Under the pieces are notes generated by a model, which was given only the letters and a program-made list of their open reading frames with translations, made no database searches and was not told the DNA's origin. A program made the translations under genes and the position numbers. From Bigelowiella natans CCMP2755 (lineage: Eukaryota; Protista; Cercozoa), in contig ADNK01003385.1 of the NCBI GenBank assembly GCA_000320545.1, positions 9,200-73,199 on the forward strand: DNA of 64,000 nt, written 5' to 3'. Below, one piece after another: positions 29,379-44,185 of the stretch (positions are counted from its first letter, which is position 1; each line of letters opens with the position of its first letter).

Positions 29379-31970
29379 TAGTAATAAGTGATGATGATGA
29401 TGATGACGATGATGACGATGATGATGACACATACGTGCATGCAGACGTACATACCTCAGTGGAAAGAGAAGCAATAGGCACGAACTCTGTTCCTTCAAAG
29501 ACGATATCGGCGTATATTTCATCAGCCACGACAACAACTAAGATGTATTATTATCAATCATTGTTGTAGAAGAACAGAGAGTGAGGTTAATGTTAGAGAT
29601 GATAATAATACCATTGAAACAATCTCTCATTATTAGCTATAAAAAAAGAACAAATGGGTAGTAGTATCAAGTGATAGTAGAAGGTGATAATACTCTAAAT
29701 AATAGGTAGTGGTGGTGGTGTGTATGCGATCGATGATACATGATATTGCTATTATTATATATTCAGAAGTTGCTATTGTATTGACGGGGAAAACAAATGA
29801 AAGCGTCAGCTTCTATTCCTCTATGCTTATTATTGTGTTGTTGGTGCTATCTATCATCTATCTTCTTCTTGTAATACGTTTGTGTTTCTGAGCAAAGCGT
29901 AAGATCTCCTCAAGATGCGCTTTTGAGAACACAGTCCCGCATGGATTTGAAGGATTGTTGATGATGATCTATTCAACAATACCACCACAACAACAACACC
30001 ATAATAACAGAGATCATTCCTCTTGTTCTAAATGTACCAGCAAACAGTGCGTGCTGGGATGTGGTGGTGTTCAATTCAAAAATTTCATCATCATCATCAT
30101 CATCCGTGCATTCTTTGTTAGCTTCTTCCAATTTAAAAACTAACTGCTCACTCCTTAGGATAAATATTTCTTTTTGAAAATAATACCGCGCGCGTTTTCC
30201 CGTCAACGATTCCCTTCTTTTCCATCCCTAATAGGCATCCATATCATCATCATTATTATCATCATCATCATCATCATCATACAATTATAAGGATGGTCCC
30301 CTCCTCCTCCTCCTCCTCTTCTTCTTCTTCTTCTTCTTCGTGTCATCATAAATGTTGTATTAATAAGATGATTTCGTGAGATGTGGTATAAATTGTATTA
30401 TGTTGTAGGTGTGATAAGCACAGCACCTTCAATATCTGCCTCCCAGTTGGACTCAGGCTTTGGAGTTGATAGCATGATGATGATAATCATATCATCATAG
30501 ATGAGGAGGAGGAGGAGGAGGAGGAGGAGGAGGAGGATAAAAACTTGAATATTTTGCATCACACTTTAATCAAGTTTTACATCGTCATCATTGAATACTA
30601 TGCATCATACTTAATTGAATTTTACATCATCATCATAAAATCAATACTAGTGTGTACCAGTAAGTTATAGAATCTGCAAGAAGCTCCCTGACTTTTTGCA
30701 CAACATTCGTACAGGGGAAATCTACAAGGGGGATGAGGGCAAGGAGGAGGAGGAGGAGAAGGAGGAGGATAACAGGAGGAAAATAAATTTCAAACGGGAC
30801 GGGTAGAGATGGATTTGAGTAGAAAAATAAAAGGTAAAATTTCAACGTAATGATGCAGTATTGAGGCACTTTACAGAGGAGGGTAAGGAGGGAGAAATAG
30901 AAAGAGAGAAAGAGAGTGAGAGAGAGTAGATGGACTTGCAAGTGACCCTGGTTGCGGTATCAATATATTATCGCCTGGGTTGAGCAGTGTCTCTATAACC
31001 ATTCGTATGGATCCAGAAGCGCCTTCATTTTTATCATAAAATAGTAGTAGTAGTAGTAGTAGCAGTGGTAGTAGTTGAAGTAGTAGTAGTGGTAGTAGGA
31101 ATGGGAATAGGAATAGTAGTAGTGGTCAGGAGAAAACAATAGTAGCACAGCTATGAATTGGATAAATGTCCCACATTAAATTAGAGATAGCTGCGTTTGT
31201 TAAAAAATTGACGCAGTAGCAAAGGTGTCTGTTCTCCTGGCAACAGGTAATAATTATGACTAGTAGCAACTGCTAAATTATTGGTAATACCCGAGTTGAT
31301 GATCACATCGTTTTCGGTAAGCTTTGCCTCTTCTCGAGAGAATTTGAGTGCTATCGCTCGTCGAGCAGAATCCAGCCCCGTCGATGGGAGATATCTTCCA
31401 AGGAAATTAATAATAATAATTATTATTATAATAATAATGCACAAGTGAGGAAACATAATAATAAGGGCAATCCATCCATGCTTGTAACCGAATATGGAAA
31501 GATATTAGCACAAGTGTGTTGACGCCCCAAAAACCACCATCATCGATATCAATTAGGCGTCGTTTGTTTAGTTATAGTAGGATAGGTGTGGCACCCGTTA
31601 ATTCTCTTGGATCTCAGCTTGACGATGATATCCTCGATGGCTGAATCCGGTACATCCATATTACCAAAGACAGTAGGATCACCTGAAGAAGAAGAAGAAG
31701 AAGAAGAAGAAGAAGAAGATTGAGAAAGTCGAAAGCAAAGGATAATATTTTCTATTAACAACAACAAAGCGGACAGATCGAAGAAACAATCAGCCTTCCA
31801 TCCAAACAAACACTAATGTTTGTTACGTTACCGAGAGACAACTTTAGCAGTGGTTTTGGAGTGTTGCTTGGAATGTGTAGAGAGTCCACAATGGCTCTGA
31901 TTGGGTTTACTGTCCGTTTTGCTCTCTCTGAAATAGGCACATTCTTCCATTCTAGGGGTCTTTCGTCCAT
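27235..31970 (-). CDS. TAT: Tyrosine/nicotianamine aminotransferase (class I PLP), spliced
   Basis: Exons [89 protein letters not shown] (PLP Lys), PNGAMY and EEYVFVLPG. Confidence 0.93.
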
Positions 31971-33097
31971 GATTTTCACGGTTGTGTGCCTGTGTTCTTA
32001 GAGAGTCTTCCGTCTACTTGCACAGGTGTAAATCATAAAACATGTTTTTGAATCGGCGGTGATAAGTTCAAGCGTCACTGCGAATGGATGGATTTAGTTT
32101 AAAGTGTTTAGACCCCTACTACATTACACAGTAGAAAAACTAAGGTAGGTAGACCTCGCTGGTCTCTCCCTCTGGTGGTGTGCAGATATGATGTGATGTT
32201 GTGTTGTCAGGATCGATCTAATCTGGGGGCACCCTAACCCCTACCACCACCTACCTGACCTACCTTGTAGTAGACATGTAATAATAATAAATCTACCAGG
32301 ATCATCTAAATGCGCAATAATATCCGAAAATAATATCACAACAATAAGGAAGAAACAGACTGGGTTTTGCGCCTACGACTTAACAGCTAAGAAATTTCGG
32401 CGACATCTAAAGGCTGATTCCGTATCATCCGCACGAGTATCATCTACTTTGGAAGCGAAATTATCAAAAAATAAGCGAAATTATCAAAAAATAAGTCCGA
32501 ACGGGTCCCTTTTTGCTTGCTGCTGTCCACAGGCCCAGGTAGTAGTACCCCTTCTTATCCGATAAGTTGTTACCACCCGGTAGTGATAACAATATCGGAA
32601 TGTCGAACATTTTCTCTAAAAGGGGTATCCTCTGCTGTTCAAGAATCTTGCATGTTCGTCGTGCATAATTGATACGCGACCTGCAGAAGGGATGATTTTA
32701 ATGAAAAATGCATTAGCTCTCATGACAAAAGGGCGATAAATGCATTTTCAGTGTCAAGCTCATATGCAAAGAAGACCGATTCATACAAATTCCGGTGGAT
32801 ATCCAATGAAGATAAGCGAAGATGAGTGAAAATGCTTTGTAATTAGGCTAAAATATTGGTAGAGTAATCGGTAGCTGGTCTGATATTTATTTACAACAAA
32901 TCTTCTTCGCCGCTACAAGAAGAAAGGTGCATCATCATCATCATCCGAACGCCTCGTTCTTACAAAACACATCCCCCTATCATCCTTTGCCGTCCTTTGC
33001 TCACACGCATACTCGGGAAATAAACAACGCCATTGGATCCGTATTTGTGAAGGTATCCTGAAATTCCTTCTGATCTAATTTGTTAAACCTACGAACA

Positions 33098-34125
33098 ATG
33101 GAACCTGTTCGCGAAATGAAGCCAACGATGAGAGTCCTAATCTCTGGAGCAGCCGGCCAGGTTTTTCGATAGCTGTTCACAAACCTGTTCGAAATGATTG
33201 TTCTAGACCGACGATGACGACATCATGCATCATTATGTGCATTGAACTACAAGTTTCGTGTTATTGCCACCACCATCATAGATCGGATGTTCGAATTAAT
33301 GCTGCTAACATGCACATTATTATTATTATTATTATTATAATTATCATTATTATCATTATTATTATGACTAGATTGGATATTCAATCATTCCGATGATAGC
33401 ATCTGGAAAGGCACTTGGTAACAACCAGCCGGTATGAACACAAACATCTTACTTGCTAACCATTATAATCACTCCTCGCATTCTTCTCTACATTCTGTTG
33501 ATGGTGTGCGATGGTGAAATCATCGCATGATGATCTCTCATGTCCTCTTCTTCGCACACGCAAAGCCAAGAATCATTGATAGACAGCAGGATATAAGACC
33601 GAAGTTAACTTTAGTAGTTCCATCGGATAATTCTATAAAAATTGTAACAGATCGAGCTAGTTCTATTAGACATTCCTCCTTGTGAAAAGAAGCTTCGTGG
33701 AGTTTGTATGGAGGTAATATAAAAAAAATGGGGAGACAGAGTATGAGAATATGAAGTATGAGGATATATTTATGAGCGTTCATAAATAATTCTAAACAAC
33801 GACTAACACATGTTTGATGTTATTATCATCATAATGTTTATTCATCATCAACTCGTCCTATCGTGCTCGGGACATTATGTGCAGATCCAGGATTGTTCTT
33901 TTCCTCTAGTCGAAAGTAAGTCGTATTTAGTACTAATGAAAGGGGGTTTGAATTTCATAAATTGTAGCAAGGGGGGAGGGGGAGAGGAAGTGTAAGTCTT
34001 GTTCCTTCTAAAGATGTTATTATCATGAATATTGCAACAATAACAACAACAACAACAACAACAACATATTGCCTGCTCGTCAGAGATCATTCCTACGACT
34101 GACGGAAAGACAGCATTTCAAGGTG

Positions 34126-34159
<34 letters not shown>

Positions 34160-34594
34160 GTGTTGCTGGCAGCAATGGTTAGTTGCTGCTGTTGGTAACT
34201 CTGGAAAATATAAAATAGTAATATTTGAAAAGAAGAAGATGATGACGATGATATTTAGGTTTTGAGTACTGTCCACATACACTTAGCATGTAATAGGAGG
34301 ATATGCTTATTATTTTGTGCTCAAGAACGTGAGAGTTTGTACACGGAAAGTTGAATAGAGAATGTTGACCACTGTCTTATGTTGTGATAATTGTCGTTGA
34401 ATAGAGAATGTTGACCTCTGTCTTATGTTGTGATAATTGTCTACATTATTCACTCATAAAGATGTTGAGCTGTGTGTTCTAGAGATAATTGTCTGCATTA
34501 TTCACTCATAACGAAGATGTTGAGCTGTGCGTTCTAGTTGGCGGATTTCCCCGCAAAAAAGGTCACTACTACTCTCTGCAGTTTACCTATTGAA

Positions 34595-34656
<62 letters not shown>

Positions 34657-34686
34657 CCTGTTGCTATCCTCCTCGTCATTATTATC

Positions 34687-34718
<32 letters not shown>

Positions 34719-34740
34719 CATCATCATCACCATCACCATC

Positions 34741-34814
<74 letters not shown>

Positions 34815-36442
34815 CATCATGTGGCATGGGTACACTCAAGAATAGCCGATGAGGATGAATTTTGACTTTTTTTTACTCGGTATAGAAGCCCGAACATATA
34901 TACATACAATCCGATTTATTAGCAGCCATTAAAATTGTCTTCGCTTTACTCATTAATATCACTGCATCGTCGTCCATTTGAAGGCATGCTTCGTGCGGAT
35001 CTATTGAAGAAAAATGGCAGTTATCTTCAGCGGTATAATAGTTAGTTCTGTTGTGATAAGGCTACTACTACTACTACTACTACTACTACCACTACTGATG
35101 GTACTACCTCTGTATGTTGTCTATCATTACCAGACATGGGCAAGGCAATAGCAAAAACTGCGAACAAGGTCAATACTAATCTATCATGCATAACCATCAT
35201 CATCATCTTCTTCTTCTTCTTCTTCACTCGTAAGAAATTACGTGGTTGTAGCATATATTAATCAATGTGTCGTATTATAATTCTCTTTGTGCTTGCATGA
35301 GTGATCCAATGCTACATTGATTGGGTTCAATCAACAACTTTTGCAGCAGCATCAGCAGCAAATAATAGCTTGATAATAGCTACTACTCACACACAAATCA
35401 ATCAACTGGGCGAAGTAGTTGCAGCTGATTGTAGTGCTCTTCATCATTTAGCAGCTACGTACGTAGTTAGCATAGATCATCCGTATTAGTCCTCCTCATC
35501 ATGATCATCATCATTATCATCATCATTAAAATGATTATCGTATTATGTGTAAAGTTGTTCTCTCAACCACTCATCCTGGTATTATTCAACACATATTATC
35601 AGAATGTTAAGGTGGTAGTTGTTGCAAATCCAGCCAACACTAACTGCCTCATAACAGCTCTAAATGCTGAGAATATACCCAAGAAGAACTTCTCCGCTCT
35701 TACCCGGTCATTTTCTGTCGTTTGACGATATTATGCACGTCCACGATAATTATGATGATGATGATGGAGAAGAAGAAATAGAAGACTATGGCTGTTACTA
35801 CTTGCTTTAAAATAAAAGATTATTATCTTTCTACAACGTTGAATGAAGTTAGGAGAGATTGTGGTTGTGGTTGTTTGGGTGAATCATCACAAACAACAAC
35901 AGCAAATCTGCTTGTATGTGAGTATGTATGTTTCTGTAATTCTGTACCTATGGTAAGTAGCATGATTTGCACTACGTACATGAACAACAAATCGCTTTTC
36001 ATCACCATTATTAAGATCATCATAAGATCAAGGATGATCCACATGTTACATTATTATTTATTTATCTGCTTTTACACTACAACAACAACAACAGTCTAGA
36101 TTACAATCGAGCCAAAGGGCAGTTGCATGAAAGGTTTAAGTTGACCTCTCCAAATCACATCAAAAACGTCATCATTTGGGGAAATCACTCGAAAACAATG
36201 TAAGGCAAAGAAGTATTGTACTCATGCCCCTTTTCTTCCCCTTTCTCCCACTACTACTGCTATTACTACTACTACTACTTCTGAAGCTACTACTATTATT
36301 AACACATTCATAATGCTTCGTCATAAATTTCATGTACCAAATTATCGTATATCCCTTTAATGAATAGTAGACCTGCATATGTATCTTCCTCGTAACGACC
36401 TAACCATTAGGAGGGGGAGGAGGAAGAAGAAGAAGAGAGCTT

Positions 36443-36476
<34 letters not shown>

Positions 36477-36676
36477 CACTTAGTGCTGATCGATATTAAT
36501 GCCTACTGCTTTTCTAATCATCAGGTTTCCTGACGTAATCGATGCAAAGGTCCTCAGGAATGGCAAATGGGAAGCTGTTAGCAGTGTTTTGAGTGAGGAG
36601 GATAAGAAATGGCTTGAAAGTAGTTATTGTAGTAGTAAGATGGTGATGATACATTTGTATCTCATAGTAGCAATGG

Positions 36677-36769
<93 letters not shown>

Positions 36770-36802
36770 TGTGTGTCACAGCAGGTGTATCATCATCTAT
36801 TG

Positions 36803-36841
<39 letters not shown>

Positions 36842-37416
36842 TTACCACTACTGCTACTACTACTACTGCTGCTGCAAACGATATTCTCCAAATCTTGCAG
36901 CAGCAAGTGGCCATAGTCATCTAATCTTGATAATAGTACCAAAAACGCACATGATCAGACGATTTTATAACTACCGTGCAGCAACGTGGATCATCTGTGA
37001 TAAAGGTGGTAGTTAGTACTTATTCGTATTTATTATTTACGATGATAATGACGATGATGACAATAACAGAGTCATCATATTAGTATTTATCTCTACGAGT
37101 TCAAGGAGTATAGAGGAGGAAGAGTAGTCTAAATGATGATAAACCGTGCAATATGTTGTTTATTGTGCCGCACCAAATAGTGTAGTTATGCGGAAGCTCA
37201 CACCATATTATACATATGCATATATGTATGTATGTATGCATTGTTATCTCCATTAGGCACGTGGATTGTCATCAGCAATGTCTGCTGCAAATGCAGCTGT
37301 TGATCACATTCATAATCTCTTTCTCGGAACGAAGGAGGGGCACCACGTTGCTATGGCAGTTTGGTCAGATGGAAATCCGTATGGTTAGTTGTCTGCTTCT
37401 AAGTAGTAGAGAGAGA

Positions 37417-37459
<43 letters not shown>

Positions 37460-38088
37460 ATTTGCATAGACAGAAGACACAAAATACATGTTGATACCCA
37501 CATAATACATATAAATATTTATGTAATTTATCATGAATCACATTTCTCACACACAAATGAATGAATCAATAAAGCAATCAATGGTCTACTCGACAGTCGT
37601 CGTCTCACTTGTTCGGGTGATGCATCTCATTCATTCATAATTAATAATCATAAGGGATTGAAGACGGTATCTTCTATTCTTTTCCAGTCAAGTGCAAGGT
37701 TACTTATTACTGCTGGGTGATGATGATTATGATGATATTAACAAAATGATGCATTATCACTTCATTTTCTTGTGGTCATTTCTTTCATATGTCAACATCA
37801 TGCGTAGAATGGAGAATGGCAATTTGTTGACGGAATTAAAAATAATACAAGCAGAGGTAGTAGTAGTAAGCAAGTAAATTACTTAACATTAATGCCGTAC
37901 GTATACGTAAGTAGCCATAGTAGTATAATAATCATATGATAATCATGATGCTGTTCAGAGGTGGTGGTGGTGGTGGTGGTCTCCTTGAACAATAAATTCA
38001 CAAACAACTAACAGGCAAAGAGCTAATGAAAATCACAGAGCAGGAACTGCTGGAAGAGAAACGAATTGCTCTTGGAAGTACAGAATGA
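33098..38088 (+). CDS. MDH1: Cytosolic-type NAD malate dehydrogenase (MDH1), spliced
   Basis: Exons [89 protein letters not shown] and [11 protein letters not shown] at 38086-38088. Confidence 0.95.
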
Positions 38089-39411
38089 TAAGGGGTATCA
38101 AATACGACATCTGCTGCTGGAATGCTATCAACCAATACAACTTACTTGTAGGATGATATGCCCATCTTGTTCTAGTAAATTGTTGCGTTGCGCATGGCAT
38201 GCGCAAGTAGCAGCCACATCTAGCACTTGCTGATCTGCTAGTGGCATTTAGTTGCACAGGCTAGCAACCCAGTCTTGCAATGTCCACCATCACTAGATCG
38301 ACGGTCAGTCTAAGCTGCGCGTGATTGATCTTAGCTGTCGCTCATCGATGCATCGAGATTGCTAGATTGTATTCATTACAACGTGATCTCCAACCATCTC
38401 AATGCAAGACGGATGGAATCAACAAAATTGAATTTGTTCAATTCTCCGTGCGTACACGTATGTAGCCCGAGCTAGCTATGGTGAAATCATTCAGATGAAT
38501 GTCGGCCTAAAAAATTAAGAAATAGTCACTTTTCAGTTTTTGTCAAGCTTTTTTAATGATGTCTGCAGATCGGTACATGCGCTAGCTAGCTAGCATGTGT
38601 GAAGAAGTGCACCAAACCTAGCAGCGCCCCATGCTAGATGCATCTGCTAGCTGCTAGCTGTCATGCATCGATCGTGTGCTTGTGTCATTCATTGTTTTTG
38701 CGATGCACAATAGTATGCATTCTTTTGTTCGTTCTGACACTCGCGAGACCATTTCCAATTGCACATATTAGTACACATAACAATGCAAAACAAAACACTT
38801 GGCAACTGCTGTCGCACATTATTGTTCAAAAATTGCACATTGCTAATTGTGCACACATGCACTTACATGCTCAGTGTACGCGTGCTAGCGTGCTGCGCCA
38901 GCGCGGCCATGTACGTACAAGGCTACATTGCATGCGCACATTCTAGTACTGCTAGCTCTAGAGCTATTGTTCTGCTACGACAGTCTCGTCGATCTAGTCG
39001 TACGATACAACATGTATGCACATGCTAGCATGGCTAGCTAGCATGATGGGCTTGATGTTTTGTTGTGAACGCCAAAAAGTGAATACTATACTCGACACGT
39101 GACAAATTAGATAACATGCATGCGCTATTATTGGAGAGCTGCGGCAGGTGAACGTAAACATGGATGATTCATTCAAACGCTTCTTCCGTCCACAAAATAA
39201 GCATCACTCTTCATCTGAATTGCATCGTACGTCATCATGAAGCAACAACCGTGTCCAAGTATGGGGGGAATAGAGACGTTTTATGACTGTGACTTATCTC
39301 AGTTATTCATCAGTACTTGCGCGATTTCTTAAACTACTGGCCAACTGCTATTCGTGCTTGCAGATTAACTACAGTCGATAAGACACAAGTGACTACTCTA
39401 AAATATATCGA

Positions 39412-40355
39412 TTAGAATTGCCAGTCATCTTGTCGACTCTGAGGGCGGGGAGCACCTTGCACGTAAGCTCCTTCAGGTCCTGTGACATGTTCCGCTCTCA
39501 ACTTTCCATCGTCTGTTTCCTTGATAAAGAACTCTACCGGCTAATTATTATCAATCAAACAATCAACGTTGATACAATAGATGGCAACGATATAAGAACA
39601 GTGCTGTCTCCTCACGATTCGTTATTATTTCAGAGATTTCCACATAGAACAACACAAACCATCAGAGTGAGTGACCATTACGATACCCCACCCTCTCGCT
39701 CTCCTGTTACGATTACCTCTCCATCAGCGAGGTTGCGGAAGCCAGGAGCATGGACTTGAGTCTAATGAGAGGCACATCGCCGCAAGTTAGACTTGTATGG
39801 AAGTTGCACATGTAGAACTAACTACAGTACTGTATAAAGAAAATAAAATGAATGGAGATACAGGTTCTAAATGTACCATTTGATCAACAATATAAGACAA
39901 ACTAGAACATGTGTGTCACTACAATTTCTGGTACATGTATAATTATGTATACAATTAATAGGACATGCTTCAATTATATTATGTAGCTGATATATGTGCT
40001 ACGTGCTAGTAGTTGTTTGTAGAACACACTCCGACTAAGCATGTTAATTAAATGGCTTCATCGAATAAGTGCACACATGCTATTCCATTACTTGATGAAC
40101 AAAAATATCAGGGGAGCCGTCTTCAGGCGTAATGAATCCAAATCCCTTCCTCGAATCAAACCATTTCACGTTGCCCTTCAATCTTTCCTGCTCGGATGCT
40201 GCGGTTTCCTCCGTGCACAAAGCACGGCGAAACATTGAGGTTGAGGATAAGTTCAAGAGTGTAGAGGTCTTAATGACGCCCCTATTTTGTTTTAAGACAC
40301 TTTTTGTGCACATTGAAAAGAAGGGTCTGCGAAGACTACGTGCTATGAAACTCAT
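39412..40355 (-). CDS. Cold-shock domain RNA-binding protein with mitochondrial-type presequence, 3 exons
   Basis: [62 protein letters not shown] contains RNP1 and RNP2. The N-terminus is R/S-rich and lacks acidic residues. Confidence 0.92.
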
Positions 40356-40883
40356 ATTGATGATTGTGAAGGTAGGGGGGAGTCTTGAGTAGTGTGCCGT
40401 GGCGCAGTTCTCCTACCGAGCGAAATAATTTTTTTGGTTTCATGTCGTTGTCAGTATTAGGACTGCATTTTCTACCTTACAGTCACTACCCGGAAAACCG
40501 GTAAATTAAACTACCTGCCTGGTAATCCCGGGTACTTTAGGTGCTCTATCTGGTAGTGCCATTCACGCCTTTAATCACCTTCAATTATAGTCTTGCGACT
40601 TCAAAAATGCTTGCAGAAAGCTTGTCGTTTTATGCTGTATCCCCTGCGATTCTGTACAAAATGGCGGGAAAATGTTTGTACTACATGTTCGCACATACTC
40701 GTACTACACCATGGTGTTGTTGCTCATCAAAGCCTAATGATAATCACAATGGGTGATGCTGCCCAATGGCGATAATAATATCATTGGATTAAAGTACCTA
40801 CCTACCAGCTGAGGAGAACTTGAGATTTTGTTTCGAAAATATTACTGCGTGAAAATTGACGAAGGAGTAGAACAGTACGTAGA

Positions 40884-42913
40884 TTGAGGGAGAAAGCTGG
40901 AGATTAATTGAATTCTTGGAAACTAGTAAAGAGAAGCTACAGCACCAAGTAACTAATCTGAATGATGATATACGTAATTACATGCAGGAAGCTAGAAATA
41001 CAAGGGCGAATGTAAGCAGCGGCTGTGGCTTAAGTATGTGTTCACAGGTTTCAATGCAAAATAAAATTCAACCGAGGGACGAAGATAACGAGAACGATCC
41101 TGACTTTTCTGGCGATAAGAATGCCAAAATGGAGAAAGAAAGTTCCACCGAGAATTTCAAGTTGCTCACCAGACGTACGCCCAACTAATTATCAATTGTT
41201 CGAATAACTATATAGTCTCCTCTATAGTGGTTAGGGATGAAATGCACATGTTGGACGAGCAAATTGCCGAGCATGCGATTGCGGCCCATCAACGTTTTGA
41301 AGCAGAAACGACAAGGGAAAGGCTCAAACAGAGAATCGTGAAACTAAAATCCGATTTACAATTTCAAAAGGTAGTTATCATTAGTGTCTAACATATTAGG
41401 AACTGTAGATGAAAGCATCCGTTAAGATATCCATCTACACAGGAATCACAGAGAGTTGAAATTCAAGTGTATGAAGATAAGCTTCGATTTATGACGAAGA
41501 AGTATCAAAGAAAACTTCTTCAAGAGAACGAACGTACTTCCAAGGTGGATAAGATATCAAATATGGGTGAGTGTATCACTTTTAGTATTGTCTGCAATAT
41601 GTGGTAGGAACGAGATGCGAAACTTCGAGTCAGAGACTTGATTATTCATCAGTTGGAGAAAGAAATAGCGTTGATAAATTCAAAAAGGAAGACATGCAGA
41701 GATGCAAATAATCAACGCTTAATTCAGATAAATAGGATAAACAAAATGCGGATAAATGACCGATACAAAATTCAAAAACAAAAAACGATTCAACTAGCCA
41801 GATTTCTCAGCTCCAATTTGGAACAGGTTTGTTTCACGGCCAGATTGCAAATAAAATTCATTTTGACAGATTGTTAATGTTAAGGAGGTAAAACGGCAAA
41901 AACGACTTTGCAATGAGCACTACATGATTGCAGCCTATCGACATAAAAAGACAGAAACAGGTGAGTAAGCTATATATTATACACACGTTTCATCCATCAT
42001 CAAGGGGTCTTCTCTTCATAACACTAACTTGCAGACTTGCAAAACTCTCATGAAAGGATGATGAAATCTTCCAATCAAGATCAGAGAGATATGTAAGTAA
42101 TTTATTCACTGCAATTTTTGATCAACTTAATTTGATGATATCGATGCACGCAGGATTGGACCCAAGATAACAATGATCCAGACACTACACGACGAATGGA
42201 GGACTCTATCAACGATCGTAAGACGCTAAAATTCGCAAAAAAAAATTGTAATATTCTTCCAATGCCTGATTTACACCTATTTAGATTTCCAATGTGTAAT
42301 TACAATGCGGCAGTTTATAGAAGTCCTTTATCCCTTCTGTTTATATTGCTAAAAAGGTCAGGAAATCTGCTGAGCGCAAAAATTTCCTAATTGCAGAGCA
42401 TAATGCGCTGAATGACAGCATTCGGTTGGTTTTGTCTTTCTCGGAATTTTTCATTAATGCTGACTCTTCTTTCTCCCCCCAAAGTGCATTGGAATCTGAA
42501 AAGAGGGAACTCCAAAATCAGCTTGTGGACTCGAACAGTACACGGAAAGAGCTAAGGAGCTCGAAAGCAAGAGGATTGGTAACATTCCGAACATCATGGT
42601 TTGCATCAAGACATTACAATTTTATGCCAATGTACATTATCAGGTTTCTGAGGATACAATTCGCATTCTACGGTGGAAACACTCACAAACTAAGTTAGCT
42701 ATTGAAAGGGCAGAGATTCGCCGAGACAAATTGTTACGAAATATTAGAGCTTTGATGGAGCAGGTATTTATGATTATTTGCTTTGAGTGTCACTGGTGTC
42801 TTTTCATGTGTCATGTCTGTAATTTGCAGGTAAGAATAAAAAGGGAACGGACATCGGAAAAACTAATGCATCAACTGAGCAATGTTAATAAGGGAATCCA
42901 GGTCACCCGCTGA
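40884..42913 (+). CDS. Uncharacterised coiled-coil protein (short introns; start and stop uncertain)
   Basis: A series of GT-AG-bounded, E/K/R/Q-rich heptad exons, e.g. LETSKEKLQHQVTNLNDDIR, IIHQLEKEIALINSKRK and ALESEKRELQNQL. Confidence 0.6.
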
Positions 42914-43449
42914 CATTACTCATTGGCTAGTTCGTTTTTAATGACAGACGATCACGAGCACTGATATTATGTATAAAAGAGATAGCAAGGCAACATTGCA
43001 TTACATAGCGAACCAACAAACACATTTTTAAGCACTCGACCCGGCGCTAGCAGGATGCATGCCCATACCTAGATACTGCTGCTAGCCTCGCAGCGTGGCG
43101 GGCATCGCACATCATGGAATGGCTAGCTGGTTTCGATCAATGTGGGGTGGCGAATTGAAAAATTGCTCAGCACCATAGATCGATTGCTTTCATTGCTAGC
43201 TAGTACGTACACATCTGCCGTGCTAGCCTGCTAGCACGTAGAGTGGCCGCTGCAGTCACATTTCGTGCTAGATCGATGTGTGTGTGAACAACATGGGCGC
43301 GCATGTGCGCGCTAGCATGCTTTGTTTGAGCCATGGCTAGGCACAGAGCGCACTCTACACATGGACACACATGTCCCTATTGGCTAGCTATGGCTAGCTA
43401 CAACACGTAGCGCGCATCGCAGACATGCAAGCCGATGCACATCTAGACG

Positions 43450-44185
43450 CACAATGTGCATCGTGTGCGGCCTTGATCGACATGCAAGTCTCACATGTGG
43501 CGCTCAGTTTGCACGCCACGGCCGGACAGGCAGAGCGACGTCCATTGTGTGCGTGACCCGCGACACACGACGTCCTGGGACGCCTCGCGGCACGTGTGAC
43601 GCACGTGCCAGCACGGAAAGTTCTGAGAACGTGCAGTTCGCTGCTCTTGTGTTCTTGGAAAGTTCCTTCGTTCTTCCTCGGACTGGCCGCACTCTCGGAC
43701 AAGTCCAGGAACTGTCACAGAACGTTCTGCACGACACAGTGTTCGTGCAGCACGACAAAGGCGTCGGAACGACGCACAGTGAAAACAACGCATGATTGCA
43801 TTGCAGGTGCAAGCTTTCTCGGAGCCGCACGCGCAACTTGAGCCTGCTTGCATGCAAACACAACTCAAAAGACACAACTCAAAAGGCAACAACAACTCAA
43901 ATGAACACCACAGCAACAGTCAAGTTTCATCAACGCTTTCATGAACCACGCTCAACCGCCTCTTGTTGACGCAGCAGCGATGCATGCGTGCACCCCAATG
44001 CCCGATTTCAGATTCAGCGCAGGACGACAAAATCGTGGATCGCTGTCTCGACAGGCCCGGTGCAAAGCAGGCACGGGAACCTCCCGTCGGCAGGGCCACG
44101 TCTCTCAACTCGTCAGCTGAGAGCAAATGCGTGCTCGGGACATCCCCATTGGCACACGCCGCTGACGAGGGCGATGTGCACTCCA
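43450..44185. other. TpA-free domain 1 (degenerate insert in a convergent spacer)
   Basis: No TA dinucleotide found by eye over ~730 bp. Confidence 0.85.

Noticed and set aside
2359-38000. Poly-His/Met/Ser/Leu ORFs in the ORF track
   Set aside because: They are translations of intronic microsatellites.
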